Origin: the human T2T-CHM13v2.0 reference genome, Homo sapiens
Length of the DNA stretch: 64,000 nucleotides
Assembly: GCF_009914755.1 (NCBI RefSeq)
Contig: NC_060934.1
Strand: one strand, 5' to 3'
This document shows positions 1-12,247 of this stretch, piece by piece. The translations under genes and the position numbers were made by a program. The notes beneath the pieces are model-generated. The model saw only the letters and a list, made by a program, of their open reading frames with translations, was not told where the DNA came from and did no database searches. Position 1 is the first letter of the stretch. The number at the start of each line of letters is the position of its first letter.

Positions 1-929
1 GGGATCACAGGAGTGAGCCACCCTTCCCAGCCCTATGGTGGTTTTTAACAGGGAGGGAATTTGTATCAGTTCTTTTTCCTGATTTTCTTCCATAGTCTTC
101 TGTGACGTTTTTGTTTTGGCTATTTTTGATATTGGGATATTTTACAAGGTTCCCAGCTTAATGAATCCCTTTTCTGTCAGCCTGGCGATGTCCACACATT
201 TTAGTGAGGTTTTTTTGTTTCGTTTTGATGATGGAGGTTTGTGAATATTCCCAAGTTCATGGTCATATTTTGTCTCTCAGGACCTTATCTCTTTCTCTCT
301 CTTTTTCTTCTTTTCTCTTCCTCTACCTGATTGCCAAAGGGAGCTTCTCTCTTCCTTTTTGCCTTCTTTTCTCCCCGGAAGTTCTGTGTTTGGAGGACTG
401 ATGTTTTCAATTGCATGCCTGTTTGCATCACTCTTGCCTCTCTGAGCCGGGTTTGCCTCTCTGAAGAGCTCACAGCCCATTTCCTGGCCCTCAGATCCTC
501 GCGCTGCCCGTTAACAGGGTCTGGCTGCTTGGGTTCTCTGAGGCTTCTTTCCGGCAGTGACAGAGGCCCTGCCCAGGCACCTCTCTGGCTCACCCACGTG
601 GAAAGCAGCTTTCTTCTTTGTGGTGGTGTCCAATGGACCCTTCATCGCTCAGCTTGGGTCCCTGTGGTTTCTGCCGGTCGCCTTTGCCACCAGAGGGCGG
701 GAAGTAGTGGGGTGGGGAGCGGGAGGATGTGGGGCCTGGATTTGTTGCTTTTTCTCTTTTTACTCAGTTACTTAGCAGTTTTTGGCACTCTCCAGCTTCA
801 TCTTCAAGTCATGCCAAGGGTGTAGTTTGGTGAAGGATTTCTTGAGGTTGTAAAATTATTTTACATAATTTAGGAAGGAGATTTGGGGGGGGTTGATTAT
901 GGTAACAGCCTACATTAGCTTCCACCCTG

Positions 930-1830
930 ATCATTCCCATACAAGGCACATTTTTTCATTTTTTGTGGAGAACCTTCTAGGGGTAGAACCACTGGGTTGT
1001 AAGGTAGGTGTGCATTTTGACTGATAAGAAAAACAAAACACCACATGCACCATTTTGGATGAAAGTTGTTCTGCATCCTTGCTAACATCTGGCATGGTTG
1101 GTCTTGTTAATTCCAGCCGTTCTGGTGAGTGGGTACCTGCCTGTCTTTCCTGGCACGGTTGGTCTTGTTAATTCCAGCCGTTCTGGTGAGTGGGTACCTG
1201 CCTGTCTTTCCTGGCATGTTGGTCTTGTTAATTCCAGCTGTTCTGGTGGGTGGGTACCTGCCTGTCTTTCCTGGCATGGTTGGTCTTGTTAATTCCAGCC
1301 GTTCTGGTTGGGGGGTACCTGCCTGTCTTTCCTGGCATGTTGGTCTTGTTAATTCCAGCCGTTCTGGTGAGTGGGTACCTGCCTGTCTTTCCTGGCACGG
1401 TTGGTCTTGTTAATTCCAGCCATTCTGGTGGGTGGGTACCTGCCTGTCTTTCCTGGCACGGTTGGTCTTGTTAATTCCAGCCGTTCTGGTTGGGGGGTAC
1501 CTGCCTGTCTTTCCTGGCACGGTTGGTCTTAATTCCAGCCGTTCTGGTTGGGGGGTACCTGCCTGTCTTTCCTGGCACGGTTGGTCTTGTTAATTCCAGC
1601 TGTTCTGGTTGGGGGGTACCTGCCTGTCTTTCCTGGCATGGTTGGTCTTGTTAATTCCAGCCGTTCTGGTTATGTGGGGGGGTACCTGCCTGTCTTTGTG
1701 GGTTTAATGACCATTTCCCTGCCTGCTCATGATTCTGGGGGCTTCTTTACATCTGTTGGACATTTGTACACCTACTTTTGTGAAGTGCCTGTTGGATTCT
1801 TTTGCCTATTTTTTTAATTAGGTTGTTTGT
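930..1830 (-). mobile_element. Ancient L1M ORF2 3' fragment, interrupted by a VNTR
   Basis: Degenerate L1 antisense text: catccttgctaacatctgg ... gtgggtttaatgaccatttccctg ... ttttgtgaagtgcctgtt. Confidence 0.6.
1089..1697. repeat. Minisatellite, about 60-bp unit, 10 copies
   Basis: Unit ctggcayggttggtcttgttaattccagccgttctggtgagtgggtacctgcctgtctttc starts at 1089, 1150, 1211, 1271, 1332, 1392, 1453, 1514, 1572 and 1633. Confidence 0.97.
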
Positions 1831-1849
1831 CTTTTGACTTTATTTTTAC

Positions 1850-2156
1850 TTTTTTTTTTTTCTTTTTGAGATGTGGTCTCCCTTTGTTGCTCAGGCTGGA
1901 GTGCAATGGCACCATCTCAGCCCACTATAGCCTTGACCTCCTGGGCTCAAGCCATCCATCCTCCCACCTCAGCCTCCTGAGTAGTAGGAGACCAGAGGCA
2001 TCGGCAATCACACCCAGCTCATTTTTATATTTTTCTGTAGAGATGGCGTTTCGCCACATTGCCCAGGTTGCTCTCAAACTCTTGAGTTCAAAGTGATCCA
2101 CCCACCTCAGCCTCCTAAAGTGCTGGGATTACAGGTGTTAGCCACCACGCTTGGCC
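1850..2156 (-). mobile_element. Alu (AluJ-like)
   Basis: T-tail followed by antisense Alu dimer sequence. Confidence 0.9.
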
Positions 2157-2196
2157 AGCAGTTATTTTTCTAAAAGCATATTTAAAACATTATCCC

Positions 2197-2492
2197 AGCC
2201 AGGTGTGGTGGCTCACACCCAGTACTTTGGGAGGCAGAGGCAGGAGGATCATTTGAGTCCAGAATTTTGAAACCAGCCTGGGCAACATAATGAGACCTTG
2301 TTTCTACAAAAAATAAAACCACAATTAGCCAGGCATGGTGGTGCATGCCTGTAGTCCCAGCTACTCAAGAGGCTGAGGGGCAGAGAACCACCTGAGCCTG
2401 GGAGGGTGAGGCTGCAGTGAGCTGAGATTGTGCCACTACACTCCAGCCTGGGTGACAGAGTGAGACCCTGTCTCAACAACAACAAAACAAAA
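2197..2492 (+). mobile_element. Alu (AluJ-like)
   Basis: gccaggtgtggtggctcac ... gagaccctgtctc with a (CAA)n tail. Confidence 0.9.
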
Positions 2493-2499
2493 GCATGAT

Positions 2500-3060
2500 T
2501 CCATTGTTGTGTGGCTTCCATTGTCCCTATAAGAAGTCAGCTGTTAGTCTAAATGTCTTCGTTTGACCTTGAGCTTTTCCCTTGGCACATTTTGTTATTT
2601 TGTCTTTGTGTTTCCTGCTCCTTCTCCTCCTTGAGTTTTCTTATGTAGATCTAGATTTTGACTTATTTTGAATCTTCAGATTGTTGTCTTTCATCAATTC
2701 TAGAGAATTCTGTCAGTATATCTTCAACTTTTGCATCTGGCAAGTTTTCCCCTTCATTTCTCCTTCTGAGAGACCTACTCATTCTATCTTTTATCTCTCG
2801 TAGCTTCTTCTCTGGGTTCTGCCTCTTTGTTTGTTTCTTTGTACTTAATTCCAGGTAATTTGTTCTCAATTATCTTCAGAGCATCCGTCCTCTCATCTGT
2901 TGTCCAATCTGCCACCAAAAGCGTCCATTGTGCCTTTTGTTTTAATTTATTACATTTGTTATTTCTAAGAGTGTTCTTTTTATTCAAATTTGGTATATCA
3001 CCTTTTATAGTTTTCTACTCCATGAAGTTATTTTCAAGCTTGTAACTTATTTCTTCAAAG
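2500..3060 (-). mobile_element. Ancient L1/HAL1 ORF1-like relic
   Basis: Minus-strand peptide LREIKDRMSRS...EDILTEFSRIDE resembles L1 ORF1; T-rich plus strand. Confidence 0.45.
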
Positions 3061-3069
3061 AAATAGAAA

Positions 3070-3170
3070 AAGTTTATGTGGTGGGGAGTAAGGGTATGTG
3101 GGAATTCTGTGCACTTTCTGCTAACTTTGCTGTGAACCTAAAACTGCTCTAAAAAGTCTAGTTTTAAAAA
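3070..3170 (+). mobile_element. Short L1MC-type 3' end
   Basis: gggtatgtgggaattctgtgcactttctgct...gctgtgaacctaaaactgctctaaaaa, flanked by aaatagaa on both sides. Confidence 0.6.
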
Positions 3171-4004
3171 TAGAATTGTTTTGTGAACTGTATTTGTCAA
3201 TTCTAATGTTCAAAAAGTCTGGGTCTTTTAATTGTTTGTATCCTGGCTGTTTCTCATGTGCCTTGTTTCCTGGTTTCCTGGTTCTCATTGGCTAAATATT
3301 AGGACATGTTTGTGGGGTTTCTCTGAGACCTGGGATCAATGTGCCTCCCCCAGAGAGGGTCACAGTTGCTCCTGCCAGGCAGCTGGAGGCTCTCCAGTTG
3401 GGAACACTTCAAGCCCCGGTTTCAGTCTGGAGTCCCTTGGTCTGCTGAGGTCATCTGCTGATCAGTCTCTGTCACCACCCTCAAAGTTGGGGTTTCTCCT
3501 TCCTTTTCCTTTTCTTCTTCTGCTGCCTACCAAGGCAGGCTTCTCTGCAGTCCTATGGAATTGGGGTGAGGCAGAGTGTGGGTTGTATAGTTCTGTTTCC
3601 TCTTACCCTAAGGGTTTGAACAGGGGAGACTGTCCTGTGGAACCCCACACCAAAGCAGACATGGTCTTTGTCTCTCATCTCCCTCATCCCCACAAGGTGA
3701 TGGAACACAGGTGCAGGCTGGGTGCTGGTGAATGCCCTCAGGCGAACACTGCTTTGGTTCTTCAGTAACCTGCTCATGTCTCTCAGTCTACATCGTCCCA
3801 CGTAATGTGGCCTCTCAGCACTTTTGTTACCTTAAGTGGGAGGTGAGTTCAGACCCCAACCAACCCTAACCTAACTCTAGTTCTGACCTCACCTCGCTTG
3901 CCATTACCTGAGAGAGCTCTTCCAGTCCTCATTGTTTCCATGGTTTGAAGAGGGTTTGGCGCTGTTGGAGGAGTGGAGCAGTGAGAACAAAATGCTGGCC
4001 ACTG

Positions 4005-4576
<572 letters not shown>

Positions 4577-4988
4577 TTACCAAGAATTTAAAAAAAGGGC
4601 GTGTGTAGGAAGACCACCAAGAAGCTTCCTCTGTGAAGAAGCTCAGAGAAAAACTTCTTGGTTCGTGTTTCTGGTATCACTCACCTGCAGGGGTGCAGGC
4701 CAACATGGGAGGCTCTGCCAGAGGTTAGGGGCTAGCTTGGCAGATATGGGGGGAGACAAGGTGTGGTACAGGTGGGGTGTGTATGAGTCTGGGCCGGAAC
4801 CACCCCTGGGTAGCCCACACTACGAACCAGTCTCTGCTAGGGCTGGTGCCAAGACCTAGGTCAAGAGTCAGACAGAGGCAGGATTAGTGCCATAGATTAA
4901 GGGAGGAGGGGGTCACCACTAGATTTCAGACCGGGCTAACAGATAAGACTAAGGTGTGGTCAGTGAGCTGAAGTCAGGAATAGAGAGA

Positions 4989-5009
4989 AGCAGCACCACG
5001 GACAGCACC
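4989..5009 (+). promoter_or_regulatory. RE1/NRSE element (REST/NRSF binding site)
   Basis: AGCAGCACCACGGACAGCACC versus consensus TTCAGCACCACGGACAGCGCC: 18/21 identity, with a 16-nt contiguous exact core and canonical half-site spacing. Confidence 0.8.
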
Positions 5010-5097
5010 GAAGCTGTTCCCCTGGGCTCGGGGACAGCTGCCCACTTCTTCACAGAGGCAGTTCCAGCTTCCTGAGCCAGCCCTGGCCCTGAGGCCT

Positions 5098-5278
5098 GGG
5101 GATGGGGAGAGTCCTGCACTCCTACACCGAGGACCCTCCGCTTGGGGATAGTGAGAGTCCTGCACTCCTACACCGAGGACCCTCCGCTTGGGGATAGTGA
5201 GAGTCCTGCACTCCTACACCGAGGACCCTCCGCTTGGGGATAGTGAGAGTCCTGCCCTCCTACACCGAGGATCCTCCG
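5098..5278. repeat. Minisatellite, 46-bp unit, about 4 copies
   Basis: Unit ggggatagtgagagtcctgcactcctacaccgaggaccctccgctt. Confidence 0.95.
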
Positions 5279-7122
5279 GTGCACTTGGAAGGTGTTGGAT
5301 GCTTTGGGGGCTCAGGGGGCGCAGATTTCTTAGGGCTGCTGGGGTTGGTTTTGTTCTTTTTCTCTCTCCAGGGGCCTGAGCAGTGATTCTAAAGTTGGAC
5401 TCTTAACTGGGAGGTGCACAGCAGATTCTTTCCTCAACAGGAGTAGTGCCTTTCTCTGGGAGGCATAGAAAACAAATTGCTATCAATAGAACTCTTTTCA
5501 AGACCTTTACAAATAAACCCCAGAAAGACTGAAGCAGATTTCAAATAAATTGTCCAAGTATCAATGACAAACATGTCCTCTACGATGACATGCAGAGTTC
5601 ATGCAGGCAGGTCACGTTGGCCACCAGCATTGATCAGTACTTGGTCTCGAAAACAGTGGCTAAGAGCACATGATTTGCGAATGGCATAAGAAAATTAAAA
5701 TGCAACATCTTTTTTTCTTCAATGTTTGGAAAGAAATTAAAACTGAGCAGGTCTTGCCAAGAAGCCCGCAGGCCATGATGAAATGGGATTGGGAAGCAGG
5801 AGTGAAGGAGAGAGGCAAAGGATGGATGTGTGTGCGCAGTTTGCCCGCCGGCAAGCAGGGTTTGAGCCATATCAGTTGGCATGTGCCTCGGTCTTAATTA
5901 ATGCCTGCTCTCACTTCACTGTCTTTTTATCCCGACATCTTAACATTCTATCTGAACTTGGTCAACAGGAGACTAATGAGCTGCCCCGTGGTGTCCTGGC
6001 TCAACCACCCTCTCACCCTTGCCTCCCCCGGGGTTTGTGTCCCACTGTGCCATCAGGCGACCTGGAGGTGCAGAGAGCCCAGTAATTAGCCTTCTCCCCA
6101 TGGGGTTCCTGGGCTTCTGCCCCCTTCCTGCCTCAAGTCTTGTTCAGATATTCTGAAGAGGAATTCCAGCTGTCATTTTCCCTGGAGCTCCCCACAGTGC
6201 ATGCGGATGGTCCAGAATGAGTTTCCTTCCAAGTGCTGTGAACATGACTCCACCTGGGGACACTTGAGTCCGCCTGGGGACACACGCCGCCCTTGCCCAT
6301 CCATTTCCAGCCAGCATTGCCTGCTTGTTTGTGGTCAGTTTGTGTTTGTCTTTTTAAAAGTTTGGCTCAGAAGTTGGAAAATCTGGATGAGTCTGGCCTC
6401 GTTCCTGGTGAGCGGTGGGACCCTGGGCACCTTCTGTCACCCCCACACTCAGTTTCTCCACCAACAGTGAGGGCGCCTCTCAGCACATTGCCACCGGGCT
6501 GTAAAGCTTGTCCGTGGCCTGTGGAGGTGATGGGTGCAGCCCATCCCCAGCGTCTCTGCTGCTCACTGTTGTCCACGTTGAATTGGTTTAATCGCAAGCT
6601 GTGAGCATGTCCTCTGCCTTTATTTTGCATGCAGAGAAAGCCCTGGAAACCCAAATACCCACTAACCCCATCCAGGTCTCAGGGTCCCATCTTTTCCTAC
6701 AGGGCCCTGACTTTGGTACTGGAGACCAATCGAGGCCATGTGTTCCATCCCCTTTGTGGCTCTGCTGCCCTTAGAGTTCCTGCACCTGGTGTTCAGTGGC
6801 CACAGGATACTAGGGCCTCCTTATCTGCCACCACGAGGGCCATCGGACTTGGGCAGTGTGCGCTGGGTTGAAAGCGAGGCAGATCATGCCTGTCATTTTC
6901 TTTTTGTGAGGCCACCGAAGCTGCCAGCAGAAGCCCTCTGAAGTCCTCACAGTTGCACTGACCCATGGGAGCCAAGTGGTCCCCACCTCCCGTCTGTACT
7001 TTGTCCCGGTGCACCACCAGTGAGGCTGCTGAATGCCAGGGGCATCGCCACCCACACCCACTGCAGGAGGGCTCTCGCCTGGCCTGATGGTGACTGATCC
7101 ATTTCCAGAATACCAGGCACTC

Positions 7123-7270
7123 GGGGGTCCAGCTCCCACCCAGTGGTCCAGATCCCATCCAGGGGTCAGAGGTCCAGCTCCCGCCCTGGGTTCCAGGTCC
7201 TGCCCTGGGGTCCGGATTCTACCCTGGGTTCTAGATCCTACCCAGGGGTCTAGAATTCCACCCTGGGGGT
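7123..7270. repeat. Degenerate tandem repeat of about 19 bp
   Basis: Recurrent ggggtccagctcccaccc / ggttctagatcctaccc motif. Confidence 0.65.
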
Positions 7271-7294
7271 GGCTCTCAGCCTATATCCCACCAG

Positions 7295-7650
7295 TGCTCA
7301 TCCCAAGCGGAGCTCAGACAAGGACCTGTGTGTAGCATGTGGTATTTTAGGAAGGACTCCGGGGAAAGGAATGGGGGCTGGGAAGAGTGAACCAGGGAGG
7401 GAGGAAGGTCAGCCCCAGAGGCTGTGCTGGCTGCTGGCCACTACTGTGGCAACATCTGGGCGCAACCCCCTGGGACCCTCGAAAGAGCCGGAGAGTGGGC
7501 CTCACTGTTGTCCACCCCAGGAGGGAAGAGGCGTGCGCTGACTTCCTGGCTTCAGACCCACTGGCTGGACGTGCATTGGGTGTGAGCTCCTTGCACACCA
7601 GGCTTTGCGTGCATGAAAGAGGCCTCATGTCCTGTGGTTCCAGGAAGCCC
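7295..7650. mobile_element. LTR33-like ERVL LTR relic
   Basis: cagacaaggacctgtgtg...gggaagagtgaaccagggagggaggaagg...ctactgtggcaacatctggg resembles the recalled LTR33 consensus. Confidence 0.45.
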
Positions 7651-10600
7651 AGAGCCCAGCGTGGGCAGGAGCACGCCGCCGACTGCCTTGCCACTGTATC
7701 GCCCTCAGAGGCTGGTTGCACAGGAAGGATAAATGTGGGATGCTCACAGGACACACGCTGCCCCGCCGGTTAGTGTCAGAACTGCATGAGATGCAGCACA
7801 GAGTGCATTTAGGAGGGCCCCGGCATGTGGCACAGGCCCCACGAGGCTGGCGATTCCTGTCGTCACCTGAGCAGCCCTGCACGTGTGTGTTCTCCGCTTG
7901 GCCTTCTTCTCCTTCCTGTGCAGGTATCTCTGCTCTTTCGAGTACAGCAGGGGTGTCGACCCCTTGGTGCTGGGTGCTCAGGGCTGAAACGAAGGCAGCT
8001 GGGTCCTGTGTCAACCCCAGTGAGAGGGACGCTGTCTCCAGTGCCGTCCTGGACAGCGCCTCCCTCCCTCAACCCAGCATGAATGCAGTGTGTTCTCTGC
8101 AGTGGTTTTGGATCAGATACACTAATAACGCACATAATGGCACTGTGACCACACTGCACACTGGTGCGTACGAAGTGGAGACAGGGTTCGGGTGACACTC
8201 AAACAGGAGAGTCTGCAATCAGGGCCGCATCCTGGGGCTGGACGGGGCCAGATCCTCGGCCCCTGACGACTCAAGTCCAAGTGCTGCCTGCCACATCCTT
8301 CCCTCAATTAAGGGACTGGCTTGGTGTCCGGTGTTTGGGGCTGCTTGGTGGTGGGAATGAGTCTCAGATCCTGTGAGAGCCACCGACCTATGGGAACAAG
8401 GCTGAGGTCAACACCTTGGGGCCCAATTTATTCCCATGGATTCGGCAGTGACTTTGGAACGAGGCTGCTTTCATCTGGTGATGGATTCATTTGGCACCCA
8501 TGGGTGGAAATACAAAGTGAGGGCCTCAGAGCTGATCTCTGATGTGGTTTGTGGTTCACAGGGCTCTGGAAGTAGCCCCTGCTGCAGCCCAAATCAGCTC
8601 CGTAGACCAGGCACAGGTGTATCCAGGCCCCAGGGGCGCAGGGTGACGGCCTCCATCGGGAAGAGGTAGCGAGGCTTTTGCTCAACTTCCCTGCAGGTGG
8701 GAGGAGGAGCCTGTCCTCCCCACAACCTTTCTCTGGAGGGTCCTGTGTGCTAACCCCATCTGCTGCGGAGCAGAGAACCCTCCTCCCCGGAGGCCGCTCC
8801 CCTGGGCACGCAGGTGGTGAACTTCAGCAATGACTCATTTGCCGTGGGCAGCTGGTGAAGATGCTTCTTAGTATTTTCATGTGTCATTCTGGTTACACGT
8901 GTGTGAGGATCAAAAAAGTCAGTTACCCAAAGCAGTGGGGAGGGGACGCACCCGGCTGTTGGAAAATCACAGGTTGTCTTGATGGGTGCTGCATCCAGAT
9001 GCTTCTCGACAGACGAGGGAGTCATATGTCTGGATAAATCCACCGTATGTTCAAGCGATCAAAAATGCATAAAGTACCCCGGTAATCCCATCATAAGGTC
9101 GAAGCCTTGTAAGTTGGCACCGTCTGTGCTTCTGGTTCAGGATTCCGGACGGAGCTTCTTGTGCGGCTCCTTGGTCATCCTTCGCATCGCGTCGCGCCCA
9201 CGTGAGCCTGGCTGCCTGGCTTCACGCCACCGAGGACTGTCCCAGGGCCACAAGCCCCAGCTGCAGTGGTTGGAGCCGTCGGATGCCCGGCTTGTGTCTG
9301 TCTGACTCTGAACAGCTGTTCGCGCGGACGACAAACGCGACCCAGGATGCTGTCTCCTGTGCATTTTCAGCTGCCACGTCCCTAAAAGAACGTCCTGGGG
9401 CTTTTGCTAAACTTCCTGCAGATGGAGAGGAGCCTTTCCTCCCGCTGAGCTTCCTTTGGACAGCCTCTGGGTGCCGTCCCCACCTGCTGCTGGTGCCATG
9501 TCCGCCATGGGGCATCGTGATGAAGCAGCTTTGGGAGGCTGGACCCTGTGCCTGCCAGGAGACACTGTGCGCTGGCCACAGGATTGTGCATTTGAAGCCT
9601 TTCATATGAGCCAATATTTTCCATTTTATTGGAGATGAAGGTGCAAGAGATTGACTTGTTCAAGTCAGGGTGAAAACGCCCAAGTTTGTATATTTCTAAC
9701 TTAACAGAGCCTGGCGTGGTGACCACAGCAAGGATGACCCAGCCGCCCTGTGCAGGAGGAGGCCAGGCTCAGCCCTGAGGCTCTGTCCCTTTGTGGGGCT
9801 CTTGGGCCTCCACCGTCTTGATGTCTGGGGGTGCCGAGGCCGACCCCTCAGGGCATGCAGCCTCCAGCAGTCTTCAGAGAGATGCCAGAGCGGCCTTGGA
9901 GGATCGCAGCAGGCGCTTAGTGGGGTGGTTGTGGCGAGGGCCCCACCCACCTGCAGGAATGAGGTAGGCAAGAAATTGTCCCCAGGGAGGGGGCTGGTGC
10001 CAGGGCATCCCAGCTCCACCCTACCTGTCCCTTGTCACTGGCCTTGCTAATTTGCAGGTGTTCAAATTCCCAGATATAAGCTGACTTTACCTTGGAGAAC
10101 CAGAGGGACTGAGAGAGAAAGAGGGAGGGAGGATGGGGAGCTTTCAATCTGGGTTGCTGGAAAGGACAGGGGAGAGTGGAGCCGTGAGCCCTGGAGCCAC
10201 AGCCACAGCTGCTGGGTTGGGCAGGCCATGCTGTCCCTGGGAGCCAGAGGCTGCATCTTCATGCCCTCTTGGGAACAGGAAGGGGAGATAAAACATTGCT
10301 GAAGGAGGCTGCTGCGAAGACCCTGGCATAGAGCTTGGACCCTCGATGCACTGAGCCCTGTGACACTGGACGAAATAAGCCCACCTCAGCACCAAGAGAG
10401 GGCAGAAACGTGTCTGTTTCCACTAACTCTGGGTAGGGGAATGTTTTAGGGGGACTTTGAAGAGCTAGGTCTTTGCCTCCCCCAAGTTTGAGGCTGTAAA
10501 TAATGCAATCCTGTGACTGCAAACTGCCCGGCCGGGAGGTGATGATGAGATGGGGGCCAGGCAGGTTCTGGTGGGCGGGGCAGTCACAGGGGCAGGCACA

Positions 10601-10986
10601 GGCAGGCTCTGAAGAGACAGGGAGAGAACAATACGGCTATTCTAGGAGATGCAGAGAAAGCGCTTGATGACTTGCAGCACCCATTTACAATTTTAAAAAA
10701 ATGGACACTTAGCGAATTCGGAATACAGATGAAGGCTTTAACCTGAGGAAGGGAACCTACCAAAATCCTGCAATGACCCTGGTGCGTGTTCCTGCAAGGC
10801 AGGAATGAGAGAGGGGTGCAGGCTATCTCGCATGAATTTGCCTCTCCTGAATGATTAATGATGTTTCGTGTCATGGAAAACCTACCTAGCACAAAAAGGT
10901 AGGAAAATAATGTAAAAGTATAAAGATTGGAAAGAAACAAAAATATCATTCACAAATGATTTTCTACATAGAAAATACAAGAGAAT

Positions 10987-11281
10987 GGCCAGGTGCAGTG
11001 GCTCACGCCTGTAATCCCAGCACTTTGGGAGGCTGAGGCGGATGGATCACTTGAGGTCAGGAGTTTGAGACCAGCTCGGCCAACATGGTGAAACTCCGTC
11101 TCCACTAAAAACACAAAAATTAGCTGAGCATGGTGGTGGGTGCCTGTAATCCCAGCTACTTGGGAGGATGAGGCAGGAGAATCGCTTGAACCAGGGGTGG
11201 TGGGGGAAGGTTGCAGCGGGCCAAGATCGCACCACTGCACTCCAGCCTAGGCAACAGAGTGAGACTCCATCTCAAGAAAAA
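10987..11281 (+). mobile_element. AluS with TSD aaaatacaagagaat
   Basis: Full dimer; TSD at about 10972-10986 and 11282-11296. Confidence 0.93.
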
Positions 11282-11418
11282 AAAATACAAGAGAATATAG
11301 AAACAAACTCTTAGGAATAATAGATTTCAGCAAGCTGCTAGTATAAGGTAAATATGAAGTGAGTAACAGTCCTGAGCACCACCTTCTTGCTAGTTGTGAT
11401 GAGGAAAGGTATCAATAG

Positions 11419-11554
11419 CACACACACACCTGCCGTGACGGCGCACACACACACCTGCCGTGACGGCGCACACATACACCTGCCGTGACGGCGCACACAC
11501 ACACCTGCCGTGATGGCGCGCACACACACCTGCCGTGACGGCACACACACACAC
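11419..11554. repeat. Minisatellite, 25-bp unit, 5 copies
   Basis: Unit cacacacacctgccgtgacggcgca; tgccg recurs at 11431, 11456, 11481, 11506 and 11531. Confidence 0.95.
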
Positions 11555-12147
11555 GTTAGGCACCAAGGAGTAAATGCATCACACGTTGTGCAAAACCTTT
11601 TGGGGAAAAGCTATATAATTTCGTTGAAGACATAAAAGAAGTCCTAAATAAATGGAGAACTAGCCTACGTTCACAGGCAAGATTCAATGTCAAAGAGATG
11701 TCATTTCTTTCCCGGTTAATCTATAAACTCATTATAATTCCAATCAAAATTGAAACCAGTTTTTATTGAGCTTGGCAAGTTGATATAAAAAGGCCAAATT
11801 TGAAGATTATATCACTAGAGGCACGTTGGGGCAGAGCTTGACAGAGACCATCACAGTAGAGAACTTAGGGTCCCCAAAAATGGAGCAGAATTGCCACCCA
11901 AGCTGGCATTGCCAGGTCAGCGGTAGCACGGGGCTCTCGACGAGGAAGGGTGCACGCTTGGCTTTCCACATGGAGAAGACCCAAGGGTGAAAAGCTAAAA
12001 CAGACCTCTAGGAGGAAACCTGGGGAGATGTTTTCATGTATGAGACATACATTTCTTAAGAAACAAAAACATAAAACAGAGGAAAACATGTGGGTAAAAT
12101 GGTTCAATTGAAAGTTTCTGGAGAATGGAAGGCAACATAAAAACTGC

Positions 12148-12247
12148 AAAGACTAGCTGAGGCTTCGCCAACACTGGACTCCTATCCAGATGGTAGACAA
12201 AGACTAGCCGAGGCTTCACCAACACCGGACTCCTATCCAGATTGTAG
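12148..12247. repeat. Tandem duplication of about 51 bp
   Basis: aaagactagcygaggcttcrccaacacyggactcctatccagat occurs twice. Confidence 0.9.

Noticed and set aside
1098-1817. Repeated hydrophobic ORFs, and a CRISPR-like look of the array
   Set aside because: Head-to-tail minisatellite with no unique spacers; eukaryotic DNA with no cas genes.
11419-11554. Palindromic repeat with spacers resembling CRISPR
   Set aside because: Spacers are identical CA runs; it is a simple tandem repeat.
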